DNA of 64,000 nucleotides, from positions 9,379,774-9,443,773 of the forward strand of contig MU063895.1 of the NCBI GenBank assembly GCA_013265495.1, given 5' to 3'. The DNA comes from Vicugna vicugna. Its lineage: Eukaryota. Under the pieces are notes generated by a model that was given only the letters and a program-made list of their open reading frames with translations, did no database searches and was not told the DNA's origin. A program made the position numbers and the translations under genes. Shown piece after piece: positions 1 to 12,360 of the stretch. Numbering within the stretch: position 1 is the stretch's first letter; each line of letters starts with the position of its first letter.

Positions 1-300
1 GAGAAGGCAGGACTTGATTTTTCTTATGTTTACACAGTAAGGTGATATTTGATTTGGGCCTTGAAGAATGGATACAGATTTCTCAGAATAATAATTTCTG
101 TAAGTGGGTTTTTTCAGCAAGTATCTAATTTCCCAGGTCATGTTGTGTTATGGAAGCCAGAAATGTTTTCCACGTGAGTTGAGATAAGGAAAGAAGGATG
201 TTTGAAGCCAGATAGTGAGAGAAAATTTGGTGCCAGATGAGAATATCTTATACTGGAATTCATTCAAGTGTGGAGCCAGAGAAATTTTAAAGCAGGAACA
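1..300 (-). mobile_element. Degenerate LINE-2 (L2) fragment
   Basis: Purine-rich L2 antisense-type phrases such as gtggagccagagaaattttaaagcagg; recognised from memory; boundaries approximate. Confidence 0.4.
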
Positions 301-441
301 TAATATGGCCACTCCTTTCTTTTAAGATAATTTTGTCAACACTGAAGATGATGGAGAAAAGTAAAGATGACCAAATTGTTGGGAATTCTGATAGGATATT
401 TTTACAAGTGTCCACATAAAAGATGATAAGATATTAACATG

Positions 442-540
442 GGGGGGTGGGCTGTAGAATGCATGCTTAGCTAAAAATAAATACATAAACAAACAAACAA
501 CAAACAAACCAACCTAACTACCACCCCTCCAAAAAAAAAA
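442..540 (+). mobile_element. Internally deleted camelid tRNA-derived SINE (Vic-1-like)
   Basis: GGGGGGG head, tagaatgcatgcttagc, then taaaaataaata...cctaactaccacccctcc and poly-A, matching the intact copy at 47039. Imperfect TSD aagaatattaacat (428-441) / aagatgttaacat (551-563). Confidence 0.7.
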
Positions 541-1476
541 GAAGAAAGAGAAGATGTTAACATAAATATGGTCAGTGGACATAAAAGCAAGGAACTGGTC
601 TTCAAAAATACATTGATAATTATATAAATATGAGATCTTAGGAAGAAAAGTAAAGATAATAAGAGTTCTAAAAGTAATTTGATGCAAAGCCTAGAAGGAG
701 TTTAGCTTTGAGAAGAGAACACCAAAAATAGTCTTTTTAGGTCACATGGAGGAATACAATTTTTGTGACCTTCATAATATAAGTAATAAAATAACTTAAA
801 ACTGCAATCCGAAAAGATACTTCATAGACTTACACAAAAAGTCTTAAGAGGATCCATGTGCTTCACAATGGGTATCTAGTTGGAAAGCAATCTGAATATT
901 ATGTGCCCCACCAAAAATGAAGGGTTTTAAACTTGAAACGCAGGCAGAATACACAGGTAGCTGAGTGACATAAGTATAAAGCGTAGAGCAGAAATGTAGT
1001 GTAACTGGCATGGGCAGCCCTGTCCTGGCAGTAAATAAATAGAAGGCAGCATCTTGCAGGACATTATAAAGCAAACGAAAATTCCTCAGTAATGTAAGTA
1101 ATATGTGTTAAACCTAAAATGGACTTTGAACAATTGCTAATACATACACTTTTCAAGTAAGAGAGGGAAAGCCCTGAAACAAAGACATAATATCCTATCA
1201 CAGATGACAACTGGAGTCAAGAAACATGATAGCAAAAATGTAGAACAGAAGAGAAAAAAGAAAGAATGGTGACCCAGGCACTCCCTGGTGGTTCCTAACT
1301 AAAGAGTTCAACAAGCCACATGAGAAAGGGTCAGAAGATTGATGACTGACAATACACAGAACTGGTAAAAACCTGAGGAAGTGGCAACTTTGCACTGTCA
1401 AGGAATGTAAATTGGCTCTAACTTGTTGACTCTGCAGTTTAGAATTATGTTATAAACTTAAAAAAAATATAGCGTA

Positions 1477-1820
1477 TGTTAGGTGCTGAATTGTATTTCC
1501 TGAAAATTCTAATGCTGAAGTCCTAGTCCTCAGTACCTCAAATGTGACTGTATTTGAAACCTAATTATGGGAAAAATTTTTGGAGCTTTCAAGAAGAAAG
1601 AATAAATCTACATATTTTTCTGGGACAGTTTACGGACTAGAAGGTTAGAGCAGTGATCTTACCTAAGCATGAATCTGTCGGAAAGGGAGAGAAAATGAGA
1701 TGTGAAGAGAATAAAACTGAGTCTTAATGGCACTTACTCGTCTAAATTCAGCCATGGATGTATCATTGCATTTGAAAGTTAAAAGAAACAAGAAATCTTT
1801 ATTGTTTAAGCCTCTTGGAG
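1477..1820 (+). mobile_element. MaLR LTR fragments (MLT1 family), interrupted
   Basis: MLT1 5' end tgttaggtgctgaattg...gaagtcctagtcctcagtacctcaaatgtgactgtatttg (1477-1560) and MLT1-type 3' end aaatctttattgtttaagcc. Confidence 0.7.
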
Positions 1821-2069
1821 TTCTGTCTCTCCCTGCTGAAGGAACACTTAAACATACATTCTTTCGGGGGAGCAAAATTATGCTATTGTAACTTTTCATT
1901 TGGGTATTTTTCTAAACTAGACTCAAAATTCTTTACATCTAAACCATGAATTCCCCAGATTTTGTGTGCATATGTGTGTGAATATATATATATATCTCAG
2001 ATACTAGCAAATATTGGCCACATATTTGATAGATTAATTAGTTAATTAATTTAAAAAGATAGTTAAAAG

Positions 2070-2155
2070 ACTGAAGTCGCATAGCTCAAAGCAAAAATGG
2101 AGGACCTAACCTAGGTTACCTGATTCTCTGTCTAGCGCTCTTTCCATTATGCCTG
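2070..2155 (+). mobile_element. MIR fragment
   Basis: gactgaagtcgcatagctc...ggacctaacctagg...gctctttccattatgcc resembles the MIR 3' half. Confidence 0.55.
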
Positions 2156-2513
2156 ATCCCAAAGATGAGAAAGGCAGAGATATTTCCAGAAGTGTGTTTT
2201 GTTCCACGGAACCAGAAGGTGGCCACGTTCATCACATGTGCCTTCTCCCTATTCTTTGCACCAATGCTAGCCACTCTCCTTGCAAAGCTTCACCCCATAA
2301 AAATCAAAATAAATGAAAATACATTAGGATTTTTCAAAAGGCCTTTCCCTTAAGATATATTAGCCATAGAAAATACAAGATTACAAGAGTTCAAGGATAG
2401 GTCTATCCAATATATATGGAGATATACATATCAATATACCCATATATATAAATTTATATATTTATACACATACAGTGTATATGCCTATACACCATATATT
2501 TATACTGTAAATA

Positions 2514-2693
2514 AGCTTTGGGTTTGATGATTTTGCCCAGCTGCAGCTGTAGGCTAATGTAAGTATTCCGAACATGTTTAAGTAGGCGAGGCTAAGCTAC
2601 GATGTACAGCAGTTTAGAAGTATTAGATGCATTTTTGACTTATGATTTTTTCCCAACTTATGATGAGTTATTGGGATGTAAGCCCATTATCAA
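2514..2693 (-). mobile_element. MER47/Tigger5-type TcMar DNA transposon fragment
   Basis: gctaatgtaagtattccgaacatgtttaagtaggcgaggctaagctacgatg...tgcatttttgacttatgat matches the reverse complement of the MER47 consensus as I recall it. Confidence 0.75.
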
Positions 2694-3749
2694 TATATAT
2701 GGGTATAGCCATATCTATATAACAGAAGTTTTCTTCTTTAACTCACGTAATCTTGTATCTTTTTTACAGACTCAGACTCTGTTTGGTAAGGAAAAGACTC
2801 TCAGGAAGATCTGCAATACTTACTTCTCCTAGGAAACGAGTGCCCTTTGATACTAGAAAATGACCTGTTCGCCTCATTAGAGAAAATCCCTAGATCAGTT
2901 TATTGATGATTTTTTTTTATAATTAGGATTCAAAACAGTCTTCCCCAAGGGTCACTACTGGGCTGACTGGGCATTGCTTTCATTTGATTTTTTTTTAATG
3001 TGACAAGGAGGTGACTCAAAGGAGCAAAGACTTTATTGCCTCTGTAAAAGCATTAATTTGCTTCCAGTGACAGATGGTTCTCTAATCCACTTCCCTTTGT
3101 CTTAAAGTGTGGATAATTACACTGAAACGTATCAAGAGAAGAGAAAGTTATCATCTTTATCTTTTTTTTTTCTCATCCAGATCAGCAAGAGGCAAGTATA
3201 TTAATCCTTCATAGAGTGATTACTGTACAGCCCTCGGACTCTTCAAAAAATTTATACAGGTATTTCTTTTCCTGTATTTGTGCAGTTCATCACTGTCTTA
3301 TATAAACGTTAACAGATTTCCTTCATATGAGTATTTATTAGTTCCTCATTCTCCTCCCTGTGCCAAAGTAAAAGTGATTGCCACCTTATAGAAAGATAAT
3401 AAATATTTCATATATTGAAAACATTACCTCCATAGATGTTTCAAGTGTTAGGATTTTTTTAAGTGATATTTTTGATACTTGATTAAATACAATTGAAAAT
3501 ATGTAAGTTGTTTATATTGTATTCCAAACCAAGTCGAAATATCTAAAGTTACTCATTTTTTCTATTCTTTTTATAGTTTATTATCCCTCATAAACAATAA
3601 TTAACTAATAGAGATGTAGCACTTTTATTTTAATTTGCTTAGAAAGGAAAGTTTACTTATGGCAAGAAAAATAGTCTTTTAGTACAAACTTAAGTCAATA
3701 CCCTAAAATTCACTCATCTGCTCTATTGATAAGAATTGAAATAAATTGA

Positions 3750-3880
3750 AATTAGAATCAAAGATTTCAGGACAGCCAGGAGCCTTCGAGGTGGTCTGGT
3801 TAAACACTCTCACTTCACAGTGTAGAAAAATGAGGCTTGAGAATGGTAAGAGGCTGTCAAGGTCAGGCAGACTATTACAG
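3750..3880 (+). mobile_element. MIR fragment
   Basis: ctcacttcacagtgtagaaaaatgaggcttgagaatggtaagaggctgtcaaggtca resembles the MIR core. Confidence 0.6.
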
Positions 3881-6800
3881 GCATTAGTGGCTGGAAAACC
3901 CTGGTTGCCTGTTCACTAGTGTCCCTCTCTTTATGAAATGCTGCCCTTTCTCAGACTTATGAAGGCTAAGAGGCCAGCACACCAGCTTTTACAGCTGGTA
4001 AGTAACACTTACAAGATATTAGGGATATAATCTAATCCATTGTGCATTGAAAGCAGATAGAAACCTCTTGTGAACACTTGGGAAATAGACTGAGTGAAAA
4101 AAGCAATTATCCTAGTTGCTGCAGCAGAGGGAAGAAAGAATGAAATTGGCCTTATTTATCTATTTAAAAAGTGAAGACGGGGACCACGATAAGAGGCAAC
4201 ATAGCATCACTGTTCAACCAAGAGCTAATGTTTGTCTCATTTTAGAAAAATGTAATCGCTGTTCATTGTGGATGACTTTTTGCCTCCTGTGACATTTCTG
4301 ACACTGTAGTCCATAAATAAAAATTGTGCTGACAGAAAGCTTATGTTGTAAATCATATAATTTACAAGACAGTAAAATATGTCATGATACTGTATCCAGT
4401 ACTTAGCCAAGAGCCTCAACAACACATAAATCTTACCATACTTTGATGCAATCATAGTCTTGTTTCATGCTAGGCTTTTCAATTGTAGCTGAACATTCAT
4501 GATTGCTCTTGTAATAAGTACCATTTTTTCTCCTCCATTTCGCTCCTCACCCAAAGAAATGGTATCTGGAAAGTGCTAAAAATTTGAAGCCTTCAGGAAA
4601 TTGTCCTGAAACTGGAAACCAGGAGGAAATTGACCTGAATACACTATAGGCAACCTTCAGAGCATTGTTTAAAACATATTCCTTTACTCTGGTCATTACA
4701 TTTTTTCACAAGCTCAGTAACATTCACATTCAAGCTACTGAACTCTGTACATAGAGGTTGGCCCGTACTATAATATCATCATAAGTTCTAGCACAAGGAG
4801 GCTTGCGATTTTTTTTTTTATGGAATAAGGAGTTTGTCTTCACAGTATGGTTAGGATTGTTGCTGAATATCACGACTGTTATTAAAAGCTTGCTAAGTGT
4901 CTGTGATGAGAAATTTCTACCGAAATCTTGATTCCTTCAAAAAATCATCTAAATATGTTTTTAAGGAAAATACTTTTTAGTCTACTATTTACTGGTCTAC
5001 TGAGCTTTTCGCATTGAATATAATGTGTTTTTCCAACAGGCATCCTCAGTACCACTCCGATGTACAGTGGTCTCTTGTAGAGATGCTGGAACTGCTGTTT
5101 GGAGTTTGAAATATTCTCTCATGTAAATAAAGAGGAAAATGGCACTCATCAAGCCCTTTAGAAAATGTAATGTACTACCCTCATTTTATTTGTTTCTGGA
5201 GTTAAATTGGTTAAGCTCTTGAGCCACCTTCCCTTTTAAAGCCTTGCACTTTACAGTCAGCCAAAGGCACGCGCTTGCCCTTTCTACACCATCTTCAGGT
5301 CGCGCTTCTCCAGATGGGATTTTTCTCTTCAGCCCTTCCCACAGCGCACCACAACCACATGCTCTGCTCTTTTATGTAGCTTCGCTTTGCATCTGCAGTC
5401 TGCTGCCTGCTTTGGCTCTCTTTACAACACCTAAGGGTGCATAAGACTTTGAGTAATAACTTCCAATGAACTTCCATCCTAAGATACTCCATAAATGAGA
5501 GGAAATGTAAATGTATCAGCAACAGGAAAGGAAATATATATCCACCTCAGTTATAAAAGAGAGGCATGGTTTATATAACCGTTTCCACATCCCTATAATT
5601 ATTTCTACGTTCCGGAAATGCATATGTTCACTATGCACGAGACATACATAGAAAAGGAAAACCAATGCTTTCCCTCCAGGCCTGTATGCTTCTGACTGCA
5701 ATCATAAATAAAAAAGTGACTCTAAACAGCTTTTGTTTTCTGACTCTCCCCCAGACATCAATCATGTTCAGTGGAGCATATGACAGTACTTTAAAAATTC
5801 GTCTCTAAGTAATTTCAGAGTTTTCTTACTTAATATTTTTTCACACTTTAAAGCGTAATACCGTGCGCTATAAAACTTTTACAAAGTAAAGTATAGAGAA
5901 AAAATAAAACTCAAGTGTAATCTTAAACCATTTTCACTGTTATCATTTTTATGTATTACTGGAGGTATGTGTGCATTTAATAAAATTGTGAAAGGACTGT
6001 ACACATAGTTTTGTTTTCCATTAGTTTTCCATTACAATATATCATAAGCTCTTTCCTATGTCGTGAAATAGTCTTGCATAATTTTCATGTTGTTTTCAGT
6101 TTTGTTTTACTATAAGTAATGTTGTGTTAGAAGTCCTATGCTTAAAAAAAGTTCTATGCTTAAAAACAGTTCTATGGTTAAATTATCTGTTTAGATTTGT
6201 TTTCTTAAGTGTGTTGACGAACTGTAAAGTTAAAAAAAATCTTTGTTGTCAAATCTATCAATGTTTCTTTTCTAATTATGCCTTTGCTTTTAACTGCATA
6301 ATGATAAGAAATGCAATGATACGGAGAAAACACGACCGCTTAACTTCCTCACAGAGCTCTCTTGCAGACAGTAATGTATGCCCAGTTCAACACCTTGTTG
6401 TCCGCTTGGAACTAGGGGTATTGCGAATTCAACAAAGCACACAGAAATAATGCCAGGTGGTCACCAAAGCACCTTGTAATTTGAGAGGGTTCTGTTAGTG
6501 ACAGAAATCTGAGGGTTTGGGGAACACCTAGGTGAACAGGGAAGCTAATTTGAGGACAGAGGAATTGCTCTGAAGCACGGAGGAACCAGTGAATCTGTTG
6601 CCAAATGGGGAAGGAGAAAGGGATGAGACCGAGGGAGCCACAAGACAGAAGAAGCTGCTATAAATAGGACCAGGGATAAACTGGGTGCAGCTGTGAAAGT
6701 GCAGGGGAGAGAAATTAGGGAAAATATAAGAAAAGAAAAGTTGAAATGTGCCCAAGGCAGAGACAGAAACACCCCTTCAGAAAGTTGTAGGCACCTTGGG

Positions 6801-7559
6801 AAATAAGAGATACACACTCTGGTGGGGGTGGAGGGGTCAGTAGAAGAATTCCGGGCTAGGTTAGGTCCTCCTACGCTAGATAATTTCCTGTGAGGAAGAA
6901 GAGCCCTAGCTAACCAGAGGAACCACACTTTAAATAATTAGTTGGTGACCATAGCCTCAAAAGAGGAATCCTAAGAGAAAAAATCATGTGAAATCATACC
7001 ACCCCCATACAGATAGATATATATATATATATTTCCCCTTTGCTTTATGGAGTAGTCACCAAAAAAGTTACACCCAGGTGTGAAAGTGCTCCCTTGAGCT
7101 CAGAAAGGGGAGAGACAGTCCTCTGTGCTTGGGAAACATGGCATGTGTCTGTGTCTGAGCATTTGCAAAATATATAAGGACAGACATAGGACTGATTGAT
7201 TGGAGCCTGATTTGGAAGGCTTTTCGTATCAGGCAGACGTTTCACATCAATATTAAAGAAGAAAAAGACGAGAGAAGTAAGTCACCTCGAACTTCAATTT
7301 CAACTGAGAGGCAGCAAGCTCCATTTGAATCGAAAACCTGTTTTTGGTCCTTAAGAAAGCTATGTATGCTCTCAGCCGAGCGTTTTGTTCACGGCATTCT
7401 CTAGGACTGGAACATCTTTATTCTATTCCTTCCCTTCTCTTCAACTCCTCCTCCGTTACCTGTCACGGCAGCACGTTATATGAGGCTGGAATAAAAGGCT
7501 GCCTTCTCTGTGAACCCTTGTTCTGACTTTTAAGACAATATCTCTTCTGCTCTGGGTTC

Positions 7560-7751
7560 TCAGAGTATTTTATACAGTTCTCTACTTACATATCACATTG
7601 AAGTGTCATCTCCTTATTTTTCTCTTCCAAAAATTTCAACGTCTTGAAAGAGAGAGGTAGGTCTTAGTCACCTCTGTACCTTAGTGCCTAGCGCTGCCTC
7701 TGACCTTTAAGAGCTGCTCTACAAGTTGTAGTTAAAAATGAATGAATGAAT
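7560..7751 (+). mobile_element. L2 3' end
   Basis: gtcacctctgtaccttagtgcctagc... ending in an (aatg)n tail typical of L2. Confidence 0.7.
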
Positions 7752-8449
7752 ATCCTCAATTCATTCATTCATTGATCAAAACTCCTAGCCAGTTTACTGC
7801 TCAGTCAGCCTGCAAATAATATGAATAGAAAAGCTTTAGTTCCAATCCCGTTACTTTCATTCAACACTAACATGAACAATGGACCATTTTTCTTTCATTT
7901 AACTTCCTCTGCAACTGCTGCTGCCTTCTGTGACGCAGACGTGTGCCAATTCTCTCTGCGTGTCACTCGTTTGTATGCATTTGATCAAAATATTATTTTC
8001 TAAAATTCATTTCCGGGGCATGATTCCTAATAATATAGGCACTGCTTGGTCTGCACCCTCTAAAAAAAAAATGGTTGAGGACATAGGTGAGCCTTTCCTG
8101 TCAGTTTTTTGACTGAAACAAGTGTGGTGAGCCCACCAAAACCCAGCCAGCTGAGGCAGACTGCTTCCATGCAGGAGTGGGATGAGAAGGGGCACCAGCC
8201 AGCTGGGTTTATGCAGCACCACTGAAGCTCAGCCCGCTGACACCTAACAAGCAGACAGACTTGGTATGAACGGCTTTCCCAGCCAAAGATTCATTGTCAC
8301 GTTCTTTCCTAGCCATTACTGCCTTAGGGTTTTTGCTTTTCAAGAGCCATTACTGCTTCCATTGATTGCCTTTTCTGCAGACTTTGTATAACAGAAAAAT
8401 GCATCTGAGTTATAACAATTTTCTTAAAGTTGATAATTCACAAGATAAT

Positions 8450-8740
8450 GTTGCCATAGAATGGCTTGGAGATGGAAAAGACCAGAACTACAGAGGGTTT
8501 TGGATGTGGGCCTGAACAGTTTGCCTGCTGGGGGTGAGCGAGTGTTAGGATAGGATGGAAGGAGGTTAAGCAGGGAATGATAATGTCATCAGGTCCGTGC
8601 TTTAGAAAAATTAACCTGAAAGGGTGCACAGGCAGTATCAGATGACATAAAAATTAGAGGCAGGAACACCTGCGTGGAGACTATTAAACTAGTCCAGATG
8701 AGAAGCAATGAGAGCTTAAATCAGGAGAATGGAAGGTAGA
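8450..8740 (-). mobile_element. L2 fragment
   Basis: ggaggttaagcaggga...ctttagaaaaatta...gaggcaggaacacctgcgtggagactatt...gtccagatgaga, typical L2 antisense. Confidence 0.7.
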
Positions 8741-8833
8741 TTAATGTTTCTGATGGCTTGCTGGAACTTTCCCCATAATATCTGTAAAGCAAATCTTAAA
8801 CTTAAATCCGTCCCCAATTAACAAAGCCCATGA

Positions 8834-9093
8834 GGTAGGAAGGGACAGACTGGGAGTTTGAAACTTGTAGATACTGACAGGTATATAGAGAATAGATAAA
8901 CAAGTTTATACTGTACAGCACAGGGAAATGTATACAAGATCTTGTGGTAGCTCACGGAGAAAAAGAATGTGACAATGAACCTATGTATGTTCATGTGTAA
9001 CTGAAAAATTGTGCTCTACACTGGAATTTGACACAACATTGTAAACTGACTATAAGTCAACAAAATAAAATTAAAAACAAACAAACAAACAAA
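8834..9093 (+). mobile_element. Young 5'-truncated camelid-type LINE-1 3' end with 14-bp TSD
   Basis: L1 3'UTR (ctgtacagcacagggaa...gacacaacattgtaaactgactata) with an A-rich tail; perfect TSD aacaaagcccatga at 8820-8833 and 9094-9107. Confidence 0.92.
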
Positions 9094-9536
9094 AACAAAG
9101 CCCATGAAACTAAAACCTCTTTCATCTTCATCCCCAGGCTACTCTTTCTCCCGGTTACTTGTATCATCTCCCTCAGTCATCTCATCCCATCAGTCACTTA
9201 CTTCTGTTGATATTACTTCCTAAATACATTTTAAAATCTACTCACTATTTCATTCCTATCATCGTCTGTGGAGAAAAGAATGAAAATGTGTTTACTGAGC
9301 ATAGATAACCAGGTACCATATGATCTGGTCCCACTGTGATTAAATTATTTTAGATAATCTTGAGTAAGCTATCTATACCTTACTATGCTTTTTACCCCCA
9401 GAAATAATATTATTTATAATAATAAAAATATTATTATTATAAACTCAACGTAAACTATTAAAATCAATGTTTTGGCTTGTGGCTAGTATTATATATTTTG
9501 TTCAATATTTTCACAGAATCTGCCTGTACTTTATTT

Positions 9537-9679
9537 CAGTAGTTCTGAAACCTTAACGTGCACTCGGATCACTTGGAGAGCTTTTAAAGCACCATCACCA
9601 GAGTTTCTGATGTGAACCTACGCACCAGCTTTTCCAACAAGTTCCTGCTGGCCCAGGGACCCCGCTTTGAGAACCATTG
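9537..9679. mobile_element. MER5A-like hAT-Charlie MITE
   Basis: Termini cagtagttctgaaac...ctttgagaaccattg and internal ggatcacttggagagcttttaaa. Confidence 0.8.
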
Positions 9680-11419
9680 ACCTACTTGAGCTCTGCTTGA
9701 AAATTCAAATTAACTTCAAGGAAAATGAATTGATTTTATCCTCTTCTAACACTAAGGAACTGTGCAGCCATGGATATATTTTTCGACTTTGTAAACTGCA
9801 GTTTTCTCACCTGTAAATGAAGCAGCTGCCCCTCCAAGGCCTCTATTTTTGGCTGTATTCCTATCATCCTTCTGAAGTGGGCAGGTATCTTGTAAGTGAA
9901 ATAGATAAGTCATTATTTCTTAAGGAAACTATAACACCTAGTTTGGGTATAAATGTTTCTATAACAGAAATAGAGGAACTATTGTATTTAAATTTCCCAT
10001 TCTAAAGTGTCCTTCTCAGATAATTTCTGGATCCAGAAAGTCTTTGGCTCAGTCCTGGTGAAGCAATGTTTCCTGGTTTGGGCATATCAGTAAATTTCAT
10101 CATCAGAAATGTTGACATGAAGCCTGAAATTTTGGAAAACATCCTGCTGTCACAAAATCATCCCTATGACTGGGAGGTACAGAAAACTGGCTAGTGACAA
10201 TGCACCAGTAAGGTAAGATGGACCAGCAGACGCATTTCTTACCTAATTTCAATGACTTCTGAGTTGAAAACCTCAAGTTTTCCTTTGACTCTGCTTGAAA
10301 ACAACTCAAGTGGGCTGAGGGATTCTGCAGTATAAAGGGAAATGCTCAACAGGCTTGGGTGCATTTAAGAATCACTCAGCCTGAGCCATTTTTTGATTGA
10401 GTGCAATAGATCCAGGATAAGATTTCACAGGTCAGTTTCTCTTTGCCATAATCTAGTGAAGTGTTATATACTTCCATTTTTCTCAACTACCACAGTGACA
10501 CATGAATAATCTTCAGGAAATTACTGTTTATGTCATAAACTCAGAAATTAAAATGATAAAATCATGACCTATGAAAAAACTTAGAAGTTAATTTTAGGTA
10601 ACACATTTCTTTCCCCTATATTTACTACATACATGGAGGGTATTTCAACAAAAGTCACTGTATGTTCTGGTGGGACACTGGTTTTCATGAGAGAACTAAG
10701 TAGTTTTATTATACCAATAAGGGCCATGTTCCATATTTACCAAATAATTACATTTAAAAAATTCAGTGATACACTTTTTTTGTTAAATATTTAGCACACA
10801 CTACTGTTTGTCTACACAAGAATCTGGCTTAGAAAGGTATTAGATTAAGCTCAAATATGTAGTCTCTTATTTGAGAGTTAAAATAGTTTTCAGTTTAAAA
10901 TATATCATAATACTCTGTTAATGATACATTATTCCTCTAGGTACTCTGCTACCTGAACAAATCTGGAAACCACTATATTTTGAGACGAAGAAAAACAGGA
11001 AATGATAAAGTAATATAATAATAATAATAAACAATGACAAATAAAAATAAGGCAATAATTTTCAACTCATTTGACCACACTTCCTTGCCAATAACTCCTT
11101 ATTTGAAAAACTTATGTGGAGAAGTTTTAAATGGCAGGTCAGAAGCTGAACATTCCTGGATCCTTAAACTAGTACCATAAAACCTCAACCTCATCTCTAT
11201 TCTGATACAGCTCTTAAGTTGTCCAGACACTAAACGACTGTTTGAAATTATTCAAAATGAGTGTTTGAGGAGAAAGTGATATCAATGTAATCAGGAAACA
11301 GAATTAGAAGTCAGGAAATATTGGTTCTAACTGATTTGTCTCATCTGATTCTTTCAGCTCTATCATCTGTCTCCAACTTTCATATTTTAAAAAAAGGAAA
11401 CTAAACTTTATTATTCTAT

Positions 11420-11720
11420 GAACATCTTGTGTTTAACTCACTTCCCTTCCTTCGCATGGATTCTTCCCTCCACTTGGAATGTTCCTCATCAACTGCTGAA
11501 ATTCTTCAAGATCTAGCTGATACACCAGCATTTTTGTTATGCCTTCCCCAGTAAACTCAAGTAGAATTCAGTGCTCCTTCTTCAGTGATTTATTTTGCTC
11601 TTCCCCACTACGCAAAGTAATTTATGAATATTTCTGACCTCCTACGAGATATCTAGTTCCACTGAGGTTAGAGTACCTTTACAGAGCCCAACACACTGAA
11701 AGGGCTCAATAAATGTTTCT
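11420..11720 (+). mobile_element. L2 3' fragment
   Basis: cacttggaatgttcctc...gggctcaataaatgtttctga. Confidence 0.6.
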
Positions 11721-12149
11721 GAGGCAAGTCAAAGAGTGAATCAATATATCCATCCTTGTAAACGACAAGCATTCTATTATTAATGTTACAAATAGCAGTG
11801 TATGAAGAATATCACCTACCGCTTACACATCTCTGATTTCTTTATGCTAATTCACGGAACAACATTCCTTATTTATGCTAGTAGTAGACTAATTACTGTG
11901 CCGCAGACCTACTTTCACTACCTTAAAATAAGTATGGAGTGTCTTATAGGAACAGTAAACAAAATAGGGAAATGCAGAAATATACCCATCTCTGAATAAT
12001 CTGAGCACGTATATATGTATGTTTATTTCAAAGTCTCTTCTCGGAGCTATAAATATTGCTAAAAACAGTAATTGTGAAAGGGCACCATCTGCTATGCAAA
12101 AGACAGATACTAAACCTTTCTTAACGGAAACCAAATGTGGGTTTAAAAT

Positions 12150-12360
12150 GAATTCCACTGTTTACTAGCTATGTAATGTAAGCAGGTTACTTAAATGTCC
12201 TTAGCTTCAGTTTTCTCAGCTGTAAAATGGGAATGCTAACAGCACTGATCTCACACGGCGGACATGAGGTTTGCAGGATACACGCACACACAGACACATA
12301 TACACATTTCCGGTCTTGTGTCTGGTACCTCATACACAATCAGTGATCATTAACTATTAC
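12150..12360 (-). mobile_element. MIR
   Basis: ccactgtttactagctatgtaatgtaagcaggttacttaaatgtccttagcttcagttttctcagctgtaaaatggg (MIR core). Confidence 0.8.

Noticed and set aside
5264-5275. aaggcacgcg matches part of mature miR-124
   Set aside because: Only 10 nt match and there is no precursor hairpin
5756-5809. Peptide TSIMFSGAYDSTLKIRL resembling a WD40 SG..D.TLK motif after a good acceptor
   Set aside because: It lacks the terminal Trp, hits a stop immediately, has no good donor and no neighbouring WD exons; likely chance
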